Below, one piece after another: positions 40,399 to 53,529 of a stretch of DNA of 64,000 bases. The notes beneath the pieces are model-generated. The model did no database searches. It worked only from the letters and a program-made list of their open reading frames with translations, and was not told the DNA's origin. This DNA is from Octopus bimaculoides (lineage: Eukaryota): the NCBI RefSeq assembly GCF_001194135.2, contig NC_068995.1:53680445-53744444 (forward strand), written 5' to 3'. The translations under genes were made by a program, and so were the position numbers. Every line of letters starts with the position of its first letter. Positions within the stretch are counted from its first letter, which is position 1.

Positions 40399-40399
<1 letters not shown>
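40093..40399. mobile_element. Foldback/MITE-like element with ~95-bp terminal inverted repeats
   Basis: 40103-40197 versus the reverse complement of 40291-40385: 83/95 identical, with a 93-bp spacer. The arms extend weakly about 10 bp further. Confidence 0.85.
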
Positions 40400-40463
<64 letters not shown>

Positions 40464-42369
40464 TAGAGAGAGTTGCATACTTCGCACATATGACTACGTG
40501 AGTGCTTGCGTGCTTTAGAATCTATGTCGAAACATGATTAAATATAAAGAAAATATGTAAATGAATGTAACTAAAATGTTCCGTTTTATAAAGTTGTTAA
40601 TGTTTTAGTGAAATCAATTTGTTTCCTCGATGTCAAATTAATATTTACAGTTATTTATTGGCATTTAAAAGGCGTCGTAGATTTTCTGGCGGTCTATTTT
40701 ATATTTTTGTTGAAGATTGCATCATTAAAATGATGAACCAATTTTTAACGCAATTCTGTAACCAATTTTACGCTTTTATGACATCTAATGGGCCCTCGCA
40801 AGAAGGAAAGAAAAGAACCGTGTTTAAATTAATATACATATATACATACATACATACTTATATATACACTCACACATACTACTATTTAACTATGGTGTAT
40901 ACATTAGTACACAGATGGATACTTATGAAGACATACAAAAATAAGTATTCATATATGTATATATATATATATATGTATATATATACATCATACATATATA
41001 TATAGGGAGAGAGAGAGAGAGAGTGAGATTAATAAAGAAATAGATATATAGATAACTATATCTATCGATCTATCGGTATGTAGATATAAGTGTTGTCTGT
41101 GCGCGTGTATGTGTGTNNNNNNNNNNNNNNNNNNNNNNNNNNNNNNNNNNNNNNNNNNNNNNNNNNNNNNNNNNNNNNNNNNNNNNNNNNNNNNNNNNNN
41201 NNNNNNNNNNNNNNNNNNNNNNNNNNNNNNNNNNNNNNNNNNNNNNNNNNNNNNNNNNNNNNNNNNNNNNNNNNNNNNNNNNNNNNNNNNNNNNNNNNNN
41301 NNNNNNNNNNNNNNNNNNNNNNNNNNNNNNNNNNNNNNNNNNNNNNNNNNNNNNNNNNNNNNNNNNNNNNNNNNNNNNNNNNNNNNNNNNNNNNNNNNNN
41401 NNNNNNNNNNNNNNNNNNNNNNNNNNNNNNNNNNNNNNNNNNNNNNNNNNNNNNNNNNNNNNNNNNNNNNNNNNNNNNNNNNNNNNNNNNNNNNNNNNNN
41501 NNNNNNNNNNNNNNNNNNNNNNNNNNNNNNNNNNNNNNNNNGTGTGTGTGTGTGTGTGTGTGTGAATTACATATAAATGCATACTTGTATACATATAAAT
41601 CGACGAAAATGTAAGAGTCGCAAAAGGAAAATATATTGCGACTGACAGGTATGAGAACAATAAGAATTTGCATGCTTGACAGTTCGGTTTTTTTATTCTC
41701 AAAGTGTAAGGTTGACCTGTCACTACTACTGTTGAATTATTAACACGTAAACGATCTAAAACAAAGGTATATTACTCCATCTAAATCTTCCATAAATGAA
41801 TTCTCCGTCGATTTTCCATGTGTGTCAATGTTCGTCATATCATCCCCCCTTATGTTTATGCTTTATATGTATTACAGTTTGCCATTATAAAAGAAAGAAT
41901 ATTTCTTGAACTTTTTCCCCCGTTATTTCGTGTTCCTGCTGTCCATTATGATTGCCTTAACATGTGTAATTTCTCTACGGAATAGTTTAATTTCCTGTCA
42001 GAATTCGGGATAGGAAATTTGGGTATTTATTGAAATATGTTTAATTTATTATTGAATTTCCTATATATATATATATATGTATATATATCGTGCCATCATA
42101 TTCATTAAAACTTTCATAAGTATGCAGCTAGGTTTTAATTCGCTATCACATTTAGTTTCGAGATACATGTTATTTTCTTTGTTTCTTATTATCTCGGTTA
42201 AAAGGATAAGTCCAATTGGTTGGTGGTCGCCATCATTTTGAGAATATTTTATTGAAATGTGTTAGTAATAATAAAATATACTGCTACTGCTCTTAATATC
42301 AACTTCCCGTGCTGATTATATAGTATGTATATGTCATCATTCAGCTATATTTCAAGATTTTTGCTAACA

Positions 42370-42609
42370 GAGAAAGAACCGGTTTCTAACCTAGATCTTT
42401 GGCAAGTGTCTTCTTCTATAGCCACGGGCCTACCAAAGCCTTGTGTGGGGATTTGGTAGACGGAAACTAAAAGAAGCCCGTCGTATATATGTATATATAT
42501 ATATATATATATATGTATATGTGTGTATATGTTTGTGTGTCTGTGTTTGTCCCCCAACATCGCCTCACAACCGATGGTGGTGTGTTTACGTCCCGTAACT
42601 TAGCGTTTT
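42370..42609 (+). mobile_element. SINE family B, middle part with internal (TA)/(TG) microsatellite
   Basis: ggcaagtgtcttcttctatagcc...gaagcccgtcg(TA)n...tgtttgtcccccaacatcgcc...tttacgtcccgtaacttagcg. Confidence 0.88.
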
Positions 42610-43629
42610 ATTACTCCCCCTGCCACCATCAACACTGCTACTTTAAAAAAAAATATCATCAACTCTCCCTAAATTTCTTTGTCTCCCTTTCTCTCCCTGT
42701 CTTTTTCTTTCTTTCCCCCTCTTTCTCTCTCTGTCTTCACCACCGACCTCACCGTCAATATGCCTACTATTACTCCCACCCAATCATAAGAGATGGTAGG
42801 AGAGTCATTGAATGGTGAGAGAGGGATTCTAAGTGTGACACACTGACTCACAAAAATTAGTTCTCGAATTTATCACATATATATATATATATATATACTT
42901 TTGCGTATACACTTTTTCACGTCATCAATGTTATGTTAACATTAGGAACTTATCTAAACAGAATTATGCTAAAATCTACATTGTATATTAAAATATTCAT
43001 ATTATTGCTAGTCGTCCGGTTACCTAAAAGTAAAAAAAAAAACAAACAAACAAATGTTTATCTCTATTTTGAAATTCAATTTTGAAAATTAATATAATTG
43101 TTTTCCATTTGCCCTCTGTCTGTAACTTGCATATTTGCAAATGGTCTTAAATTTATGGCTTTCAATACGTTTTCTATGATTACTATTTGAACAAAATATT
43201 TAAGATACTCGATGTATTTGTGTTCAGATGATTCCAGATCTCCTGTATTGTGTTTCTTACCATTCTTTCCATTACCATAAACCTCTTCATGATACTGGAA
43301 TGACGTTCGTTATGGCCGTAGACTGGTTTCCGAAGCGCAAACTTGGCACAGTAGGATAGGCTGTAATATATTAAGTGATTGGCAGTTCAAGAAAGTGAAG
43401 AGAAGTAATTTAGAACTTCAGCCACTTGTTATTATAAATAGATTTTGTTCAGTAGAATCCAGAGTGATTTCATGTCGAGTTGAAACAGCTTGAAAACATT
43501 AATTAATCTTTTCATTACTAATTTTCGTGTATAACAAGCTGAGAAGACAAGAGTCAGAAGATCATATAAAGGTGCATAAATGTAATTTGTGATAGGAATG
43601 GGAAAGACTTTTGGATTCGATTCAAGTAT

Positions 43630-43833
43630 TAAATTGGTTCCAAATTTTGGCACAAGGCCAGAAATTCCGGGGGCTGGTGTAAGTCGATTACATCACTGTC
43701 AGTATTCAACTGGTACTTACTTTATCGATCCCGAAAAAATGAAAGGCAAAATCGACCTCGACAGAATTTGAACTCAGAACGTACAGACGGACAAAATGCC
43801 GTTTTTCTTTTTTTATCCGGCGCAGTAACGATG
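43630..43833 (-). mobile_element. SINE family A
   Basis: ttttggcacaaggccag...aactggtactt...atgaaaggcaaaatcgacctcgacagaatttgaactcagaacg. Confidence 0.88.
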
Positions 43834-44829
43834 AGGACAAATATTAATATAATAATAGAACTAAAGTTATTGTGGCTCTTGCCTAACTACATATCAGCTC
43901 TGATCAAGCTTATCTACAGCAAAAGGAGTTCCAGCAGTGACCATTCTAAGTTTTGTATATCTGTGACTATGTTATTCAACATGCCGTTTAAGTAAACAGA
44001 AAAGATATTTTGGATAATATAACCAGCAAAGATAGTAGAAATATATTTAGTTCCTATTTCTAACAGACTGAGTGGCCACGTGAGAACCGATCTCTACGTT
44101 TGCTCGAGATTTTTGTTGAGTTGTACCGCTGTTACATGAATTATTACGCAAACGTCTTCTTATCAATTAAGCAGCAACAGGCTACAGGAACAGCAATGTT
44201 GCATCATATTCACTTGATTTCAGGCAATTCAGGTTGAGATGACATTACATCTTTCCACGGATATCATTTTATTCTCTATACTTGGCCGACAGCATCTTTA
44301 TTTTGACACCTTAGGATTTGGAATATGTTATCCCGATACTCGAAAACACTAGGGTTTGTTTCCTTTTCTTTTGGAGAAATTTGACAGTTGTTTCAATCAG
44401 CAAAGCGATTGACTTTATTGTGGAAGTTCCTTAGCTGTCTTATTATTTGTAGATGTTTCTCGGAGCGAATTACAACACTATAGGATGAATATATTCAAGA
44501 AAATAAATATAAGACAGAAAAGACCTATCAGATAATGAAAAAGGCATCTTCTAGGAAATGAAATTTCGTAAGGTAATATTATTTGATGTCACTCAAAATC
44601 TTTCTCCATTAGGTTTCATGAAATTCAATTATTTCTTCTATTCTTTCAGTGGAAATTGCGGTAATGGTTCCACTTAAACTTGGAACCTATTAACATTTCT
44701 CTCGAGATTCTAGACATTTTTTTTTGCATTCTCTGCAATTAATGATTCCTTGATACAAGCCTTCTACACTTGGAGTGTAATTTTTGAAAATATGTCACAA
44801 TTTTGGGCCTTCTGATATTTGCCTCAACT

Positions 44830-44847
44830 ATCATTATCATCATCATC

Positions 44848-44903
<56 letters not shown>

Positions 44904-45362
44904 TATTATTATTATTATTATTAATATTATTATTAATATTATTATTATTATTATTACTATAACTACTACCACTTCTGCTGCTGCTGCTGCCGCTGCTGCC
45001 GCTGCTGCTGCTGCTGTCCATGGTGTGGGTCACGGTGGTGGAGCTCTTGTGATGGTACTAATCATCATCATCATCATCATCATTGTCATAGTCTTCATTA
45101 TCTGGTCGATGATGTTCTTCACTCTTCTCCGTTTCTTTTCTCCAATCTTTTCTTCTTTTTAATCAAAATCACACTTAATGATAACGATGCTGATGATGAC
45201 AACGACGACGACGACGACGACGACGATGATGATGATGACGATGATGGCGATGACCCTCTTCCTCCTCCTCCTCATCATCATCATCACCATCATCGTCATC
45301 ATCATCATCATCACCACCACCATTCTCCGCTTTCATCAATAACGTTATAATAACAACAATAA

Positions 45363-45434
<72 letters not shown>

Positions 45435-45960
45435 AAGAAAAAGAAGGAGGATAAGAATAATTATCATCATTATCATCATCATCACTTATTATCATTATTA
45501 TTATTATTATTATTATTATCGTTAATTCTACTGTTGCTGTTTTTGCTGTTTTATTTCCCCCCCCCCCCTCACTGGTTATCGTTCATCTCATCGGTTGTTC
45601 TAATACCAATACTTGAGCATACTTAATTGCTTGATCATTATTAACGGTCTTCTTCTCTCACAACCTCCCTTCCTGTGTCAGGTCTCCTCCTTCTAATCCT
45701 CCTTCGCCTCTCCACTTCCCCACCTCCTCCTACTCCTCCTCCGCTCCCTGTGCTTTTCTTTGTTTCTCTCTTTCTCTCTCCCTCTCCAATAATTTCATCT
45801 GTCTCTATTACAAGACATGGTAACAGTAGATGGTGGTGGTGGTAGTGTTCGTGCTCACGGTGTTGGTGGTTATGATGGTGGTAGTGGTGACGGCGATGGT
45901 GGTGATTGTAATTGTGATGGTGGCGGTGGTGGTGTTCGTGGTGACAGTGGTGGTGGGCGG
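44830..45960. repeat. Cluster of many different trinucleotide repeats (CAT, TAA, ATT, GCT, GAC, GAT, CCT, CAC, GAA, GGT)
   Basis: Seen directly. Confidence 0.9.
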
Positions 45961-46392
45961 CAAGCGGTGTAAGAATATTTAAGCATTAGTGTTTGCGATC
46001 TGCATGATTGTTAGGTTGATGGGCATCAACGTAATAATCTTGATGGTTGTTAGTGAGGTCCATGATTACGTTAAAGCGAAGTGATAAAGTAACGTGCAAT
46101 AATTGGCTGTGTTTATTTCTGATATCATTAACAACTGCTAAAGGAGACGTTGTAGAGATGTTAACGGAGGGAGAAAAATAAAAAGAATGAGAAAGTCAAC
46201 AACTATAACAATAAATCACACACGAAGCCGAGTGAAAAAGGAAACCAAATATCAAATTAAAGAAGCTGACAAATAGGGTGGTATCAGTGCTCTCCAATAA
46301 TAATATCGCCAATAGTATCATAATCATATACCAATGTATCTTACACGTTTGTACAAACATACATGCATACACACATACACACGCAAACATAC

Positions 46393-46465
<73 letters not shown>
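46393..46465. repeat. (TA)n microsatellite
   Basis: Seen directly. Confidence 0.95.
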
Positions 46466-46466
<1 letters not shown>

Positions 46467-46919
46467 TTTTTTCTCCTTTTTTCTCCTTTTTTCTCTCCTT
46501 TTTCTCTCCTTTTTTCTATCAAAAATGGTTTCCCAACTCAATGTTGACAAGCTTTCATAGCATTATACGTACTTCGAGAGCCAGAAATATTTCGACTTTT
46601 AAAAGATTTTAAAATGAAGATATAGGACAGATTATAGAAGGCGTAAGGAAATTCATTCACGAAACAATAATACAAATAAATACGTGTGGAATCGGAAAAT
46701 GACAATCGTTTGGTCAGATGAATGGAAAGCAGCAGATATATAATCAAGGGAAAACATCAATAAGGGAATTGTAAAGGAGTGCTATGAGAAAAAAGAACAT
46801 AAAAGTTTGAAAAGGAAACAAAAACCTATTTAGAGAAACGAGATTTTATTCTTACAAAAACGGTTGGAGTGCAGAGTCGACAACGTGGGGTGATAAGAGT
46901 CATAAGATGCTATGATAAA

Positions 46920-46966
46920 GAATGTTTCAGGATGAAGGAATCGTCAACCTTCATCAGTCAGCATTC
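46920..46966 (-). ncRNA. Decayed Penelope-type hammerhead-like motif within a hairpin
   Basis: The - strand reads CTGATGA-AGG-ttgacgattccttcat-CCT-GAAAC-ATTC, one base short of GAAACATGTC. Confidence 0.3.
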
Positions 46967-47194
46967 TCTTGTTGGCGTACAGGGTTGATGTGTTTATGTT
47001 TGCTCAGGTCTTCGGGACAATCTCGATTCTGCTATTCCTTAATTCCGAAACCAATTTTGTCTCGAGACGAATGAATGTAGATACAAGATTTTGGGGTTCT
47101 TAAAGTAGAATGTAATATTAAGTGGTAATTGGCAGTTATATCTAAAAAAAAAAAAAAAGTCGAGAAACTATGAAAAATCCCTATACATTATTAT

Positions 47195-47402
47195 TTTAAA
47201 GGTTTTAGTAAAATTCCAGCAATTTTAAGGGGAGTCGGTAATTCGATAAGATTCACACAAGTACTAAAATGGTATTTTATTTTATCGAAGGATAAAGGTC
47301 GAAGTTGATCTCAACGGCATTTGAAAACAGAGCATTAATATCCATCCCAAAATACTGCAAACTATTCTGTCCGAAATGCTAACGGTTCCTCAAGTTCGCC
47401 AC
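47195..47402 (-). mobile_element. Degenerate SINE family A
   Basis: gaagttgatctcaacggcatttgaaaacagagc...gtccgaaatgctaacggttcctcaagttcgcc. Confidence 0.65.
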
Positions 47403-48379
47403 TCTAGATTCTCCACATATAATATATATATAAATAACAGCAGAAGACACGTCCTATATTTTTAAGTTGGCAGGGTGGGATCGGAAGTAGATTTGGCACT
47501 TATCTGTATTAGCTCGAGAGACCAGTCCAATTGTTAGTTCGTAAGAGGTTATCCTGTCGGATCGTTAGTTGCTTCTTCTTAGGAACTCAACGAAAGTTTC
47601 ATAGAATTAGTTGTATTTGTGTAAATACGCATAATCTATGCTAGAGATCAAATTAGGCAAGTGAATTTAAATTCGGTTTGGAGGAGTTGAAAATTTGAAT
47701 CAATATGGATCAGAAAGTTTAGATAATATAGCTGAAGGTGAACGGTGATTTCTTACGTGAACGCCAGGTCACAAATCTTTTGTTTGTTGAAGAAAGTAAT
47801 CTTTAAATAATAATTACATACGTATTGAGGATGCAGTAACGTGATATAAATATTGCTTGTAATCGACTACTACTCTACCTTATTAAAAGCATGTGGATCA
47901 CAGCGTAAATATTTGTTGCAAGGCATTTTCTCTGTCATTTTACTAATCTGTCAGTTTTCCATGTTTGGAGCCAGACCAGGTTGTTGTACTTCTTAATGTT
48001 TAACTCCCATATCAGCCCTTCCTGGTTGAGCCCTGACATTTTACTCAAGAGTGGAGTGCTTCTAAGTCTAGATTATCGGATGTGTTCGTTTTTCAGATCA
48101 TAGTCCTGTGATCAAAAAACTTTCTAACCGTACCTTTTCATTTTCTTAGAATTACATTGTTGAAATGTATGTTTTTTCAAAGATCTACGTATGCTGAAAA
48201 TCATTCAAAATTGCAACAATCCGGGCTGTTTCCTAGCCAGAGTGCACACAAAATAAGACGTGATACATCTACAATTCAACCCTGACCAAGCAAAGAACCT
48301 TCAGGATTACGTTATCCACGGTGTTGTTACTTTCACTAAAGAGCACGTTATGTGTCGATCACCATTACATTGGTGTCCT

Positions 48380-48620
48380 CTCTGTGCCCAGGGATTGATT
48401 TGCTAAGACTCGCCACTTCACTCTAGGTTGTGCTGCAGGCATTCAATCAACAAGGCTTTCGTTTTCGGTTCTTTCTTTGCTATTGACGTCCTTGAAGAAC
48501 TCTTGGTTTCTTCCTCTGCTCATTTGTTGAGAGGACGTTTCGTGGCACATGGCATGTCCAAAATAGCATCACAACATTTACTGATTCTTCACTCATCAAC
48601 CGTTTACCTTACCAAATTGT
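48380..48620 (-). mobile_element. RTE-like LINE C-terminal remnant
   Basis: The - strand gives L*CYFGHAMCHE and, after a frameshift, VLQGR..RKNRKRKP. This resembles LRYFGHxMR..ILQGxxxGKRxRGRP. Confidence 0.5.
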
Positions 48621-48783
48621 CTAACCGATTCTGACAAAGATCGAAACTGCATCCTTATGTGATGGATAATACACACATCGACACACACATCATTTATTAA
48701 ATATTCTTTAAACTTATAGAATATATAAAGTATGTAATATATAGACATACGAATACATGTTTATTATTATATATTTACACAGA

Positions 48784-48858
<75 letters not shown>

Positions 48859-49390
48859 TTTATATGTGTATGTATAAAAATCAAGTATAAAGAATATATA
48901 TGAAATTATTTACCTAGCAAATGTATATACGTCGCAAGGTAGATCGTACAAGGAATTTCCTTACTTTATCCGCGGCATTACATCATCAGAAATACTTTTG
49001 AATCACGAAAGTCGATGAAATATGTACAGAGATGTTACAGACATTTACACAATGTACTCTCCAGACTTGATTTTTCTATGCATATTTTATGTTTTTACAA
49101 CTAAAGAGACACCTATGTGCTTTGCCAAAATGTGACAGCCAAGTGTATACACATTCACACAAACTCCCACACTCACCCACACATACGAACGCGTGCGAAG
49201 ATTATGTTGAGTAGATTCTCGTTGCTTTTATTCATACTTTTGCTGCTTGTTGCTGTCATCTCTGGCGTTCATCGCAGTATTTAATAGAAGCGTTTTGAAG
49301 CTCACGGTTGCTAACAAACAGCAAATGGAAGAGCAATCTATTCTTGCTGACGTCACTATGAGCACACTATGAGCACACCATCGTTTGTAC

Positions 49391-49795
49391 AATACAGGTG
49401 TGGCTGTATTGTAAGAAGCTTGCTCCCCAGCCACATGGTTCCGAGTTCAGTCACACTGCGAGGCACCTTGGGCGAGTGTCTTCTACTATAGCCTCGTGCC
49501 GACCAAAGCCTTAGTGAGGGGATTTGGTAGACGGAAACTGAAAGAAGCCCATCGCATATGTTTTGTGTGTGTGTTTGAGTCTGTGCTTGATCCCCACTCC
49601 CACCGCTTGACAACCAATGTCAGAGCGTTTACGCCAGTGTAACATAGTAGTTCGGTAAAAGATACCGATAGAATAAGTGCCAGGTTTTACAAAAAATATG
49701 TACTAAGGTCAATCCACTCAACTACAAGCCCTTCAAGGCGGTACTCCAGCATGGTCACAGTCTAATGATCGAAATGTGTAAGAGACAAGATAAAT
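49391..49795 (+). mobile_element. SINE family B, near full length (~400 bp)
   Basis: It has the tRNA-like head (gtggctgtattgtaagaag...ggttccgagttcagtc), the CORE-like ggcaccttgggcgagtgtcttc block, a short internal (TG) tract and the tail aaggcggtactccagcatggtcacagtc. It resembles the known octopus tRNA-derived SINEs (OK/OR1/OR2); the exact family was not determined. Confidence 0.9.
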
Positions 49796-50103
49796 CAAGC
49801 AAGTGTGGGTCTTCAGTTCATATGTCCGCTACAGCTTTTCCTTTGTCTTTACCCAGATTGGTTCTGCTTTCTTAAACTAGTTGTATAACAACGCAAATAG
49901 GATTAAGAATTGCCATATCACGCAAGCGTTACTTTGATAAAGTTTTCGAAAGAACACAGAGAATCCCTACCAATATTCGGATACGTTCGTAATTAAGTTA
50001 CCTGTGTCGCAATTGAAATTAGGCATGGCTTCACACAACAATCTCTCTCTCTCCCAGTCTCTCTCTCTCTATCTATATAAGTCAGTACAGGAACATTAAT
50101 GCG

Positions 50104-50104
<1 letters not shown>

Positions 50105-50183
<79 letters not shown>

Positions 50184-50184
50184 C
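50105..50184. repeat. (TCTA)n microsatellite
   Basis: Seen directly. Confidence 0.95.
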
Positions 50185-50194
50185 CTGTATGTAT

Positions 50195-50430
50195 GAGGTG
50201 GATGTTTGCCATAGTGTGTTGGACTCATGATGCCAAAATTGTGGTTTCGATTCTTTGTAGTGGCAATGCGTTGGGATCTTATGCAATCCACTTCACTGCA
50301 CGTTAATCCAGTCCACTCAATTGGAAAAGATGACTATTTTTATGACGGACCGGTGTAGCGTCCATCTTGCAATAATATATGTAAACGCCATAGAATCCAG
50401 GGAACCGGCCTTATGAGTCTATATAACTCG
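50195..50430 (+). mobile_element. SINE family C, degenerate
   Basis: B-box gtggtttcgattc, then ccagtccactca and gacggaccggtgtagcgtcc. It is collinear with 11143-11350. Confidence 0.65.
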
Positions 50431-50452
50431 GGAATGATGTTTATCCTTTTTT

Positions 50453-50455
<3 letters not shown>

Positions 50456-50513
<58 letters not shown>

Positions 50514-50680
50514 NNNNNNNNNNNNNNNNNNNNNNNNNNNNNNNNNNNNNNNNNNNNNNNNNNNNNNNNNNNNNNNNNNNNNNNNNNNNNNNNNNNNNNN
50601 NNNNNNNNNNNNNNNNNNNNNNNNNNNNNNNNNNNNNNNNNNNNNNNNNNNNNNNNNNNNNNNNNNNNNNNNNNNNNNNN

Positions 50681-50735
<55 letters not shown>

Positions 50736-50785
50736 GAGACCGAGAAAACGAGAGAGCGAGAGAGCGAGAGAGCGAGAGAGCGAGT
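50456..50785. repeat. (AC)n - gap - (AG)n with AGAGAGCG variants
   Basis: Seen directly. Confidence 0.9.
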
Positions 50786-51230
50786 GACCGAGCGAGAGAG
50801 AGCGAGATATTGTGAAACCTCCCGTTGATTTTTATGTAGGAGTATCGAATAAGGATTTTTTTCTTTCTTCGTTAAGTTCTGATGTCTATATTACGACACT
50901 AATTCAGCGAGTGGACATTAATTAGTGACTTCCACTTTGCTCTCAAGATGATCTAGTCGACCTAGTTCATAGTTGTTTATGAATTGATATGATTCTATAC
51001 TGAGTCCTCCTCCATTCGTTGCAATTCGGCCCTGTTATTTCAAATATTTTGCGGTGGGGATTACGTCACTTTGAGGTTAGCTTAGATATATACGTGTAAG
51101 CGTGCGAGGGTAGAGAAATCCATGAACAAAAACAACAGAACGAAGACCACACAAGTCAATTGGACGTCGACAGTGCACATATTGACGCTGAATGAAGGTT
51201 TTACATGGGGCAAAAAATAGGAGCTGAAGG

Positions 51231-51257
51231 GACGTTTCGAGCATAGTCCTTCATCAG
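51231..51257 (-). ncRNA. Minimal (Penelope-type) hammerhead ribozyme-like motif, probably inactive
   Basis: The - strand reads CUGAUGA-A-GGAC-UAU-GCUC-GAAAC-GUC. The core nucleotides are intact and helix III is the palindrome ACGU. Stem II is imperfect and no stem I is visible. Confidence 0.5.
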
Positions 51258-51957
51258 ATAGAGAAAAACGTCCAGAGAAAAGGAAAAAGAGAAAGGAGCA
51301 GAGAGTTACATGGCCAAAAATAACTGACGAGAACTTGGAGAGAAATAGGTAATGTGGTTTTTGAGAGCTGGAAAGTGCGAAAATGGTCATTGAGTGTATG
51401 CTTTGCGCACGCTTACAGATTGCGAGGAGCACGCGCACGCACACACACACACAGACACACTCACAAACACACAAACACACACACACTCAAACACATACGT
51501 ACACACAGTGAACACAAGCACTACCAATTCACATCGCCCAGTCTCTTGAACCCACATCCTGCAGCTGCTACGCCCTACTGCTACTAACCGGTTTGTTCCA
51601 CGCACACACACATTTATGAATTACATATATATATTTATATAGGGTGTACACACATACACACGTACAGATATATTATGCTTGTGTGTGTGAGTGAGACGGA
51701 TGGTGGCGACTGCTTATCAACGACCCAATATTGCCAACCTTATATTGGTACAATGGCTATGTTCATTCAAGTGCCTACTCATTCAGTCTTGACCATTTAT
51801 TTCATTCTTTTATGCTTCTGTTCATCTCCGCGCATGACTGATTTCGGCTCAATGCCATTCAATTTTATCTTTCCAAAAAAATTTCTATAGAACTCTCTCT
51901 TTCCTATGCCCTTCTTCATCCCCTCGCCGTAAACTTTACTCCCTTACGCATAAATTA

Positions 51958-52028
51958 CTTTCTTCTTCTTCTTCTTCTTCTTCTTCTTCTTCTTCTTCTT
52001 CTTCTTCTTCTTCTTCTTCTTCTTCTTC
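51958..52028. repeat. (TTC)n microsatellite
   Basis: Seen directly. Confidence 0.95.
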
Positions 52029-52329
52029 CGTCTTCTTTCTCTCCTCCTCTTTAACCTTTCCCACATTCGTTTCCTTGTGCCTCTTTATTCCCCTGCAAAA
52101 ATTCCCTAGCATACTTTATTTAAATGCATTGAGTGATTTTAAAAACTTGACAATCGATCGTTTTAACATATGATTACGTACAATATCATACAGATTGTTT
52201 GTCATGGCTTGTACAAGCTTACACACGTATACACAAGCAGACATAGACATGTTGTAAAGAATACTCGAGTAATCTACACCAGTTCATTATGAATTTGTTC
52301 TGAACTATACATATGTACAATATGTATAT

Positions 52330-52548
52330 TATCTTTCACTTGTTTTAGTCATTAGACCGTGGCCATGCTGGGGCACCGCCTTGAACATTTTTACGCCTTG
52401 TGGTCATTCTATCGTCGCCTTTTATGGACCAGCTAAGTTACGGGGATGTAAACACACCAACACCCGTTGTCAAGCGTTGGTGACGGTGGTGTGGGGGACA
52501 AACACAGACAGAATGACACACACACATAGATTATACATACATACATAC

Positions 52549-52596
<48 letters not shown>

Positions 52597-52670
52597 CGGG
52601 CTTCTTCCAGGTTTCGCCTACCGAATACTTAAAGTGGTGCTCTAACATGACCGCAGAAATAAGTAAAAAT
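52330..52670 (-). mobile_element. SINE family B (- strand) with an inverted copy of its own tail at 52631-52670
   Basis: tttagtcattagaccgtggccatgctggggcaccgcc...(TA)n...acgggcttcttccaggtttcgcctacc, then forward aaagtggtgctctaacatgaccgcag. Confidence 0.8.
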
Positions 52671-52719
52671 ATAAAAAATATATATATATAATTTTATGTA
52701 CTTTGTATATCTATCTATA

Positions 52720-52760
<41 letters not shown>

Positions 52761-53529
52761 TTCTCTCCCTCTCTATTTCTCTATTTCTCTATTTCTATAA
52801 ATACCAATCAGAGCAGTTTAGTTTATATGAATCTTTGTGGGATATAGCTTATATATATATTCATACATAGTAATTTCTACTAATGTCATAAACCTCGACA
52901 TTTGTAGATGTGGGAATCTATTCACTTGAATTGCTCCAGTAAATACCTAGAAATTCTTTTATCGACCCAGTAATGATGACAGTTGGAGATAAACCCAATG
53001 GGATTTCATATTTTAAGTCTGCTCGTAGTGGGACCACCACGCTAAATATTGATGTATTCGTATGTTGAAGCGTGTATTCAAATGTATGGCTTATATAAAT
53101 GTAGAATGTGTCGGATAAGTTTGTATGTATATCAGTGTATGTGCGTTGGTGAATGTTAATCAAATACCATGGAGGGTTTGCAATTGATAATAAAATAAAA
53201 TGATAAAATCAATATAAAAATAGAACAATTTTGTTCGTTTGTGTCGAATATCTGTGCGAATATGTATTAGGAGGTAGTTGTATATGTGATTTTGTGTGTA
53301 TGTATGTCTGTATGTATGTGTGTATACGTTGCTTTTATATGTGTGTGTGTATTAATGCATGTATACTGGGGGCGCGGATGTCTATCTAGGGAAGACAGCT
53401 GTATTAACGGTAGCTGACTAGCTGAGCTTTTGCTGAATGTGCGTTACAGTATGTTTGCGTTTTTCTATCGGTGACCTAAGTTTACTAATCCACCCACAGG
53501 ATTATTTCCTACTAACAAACTCAATGTTT

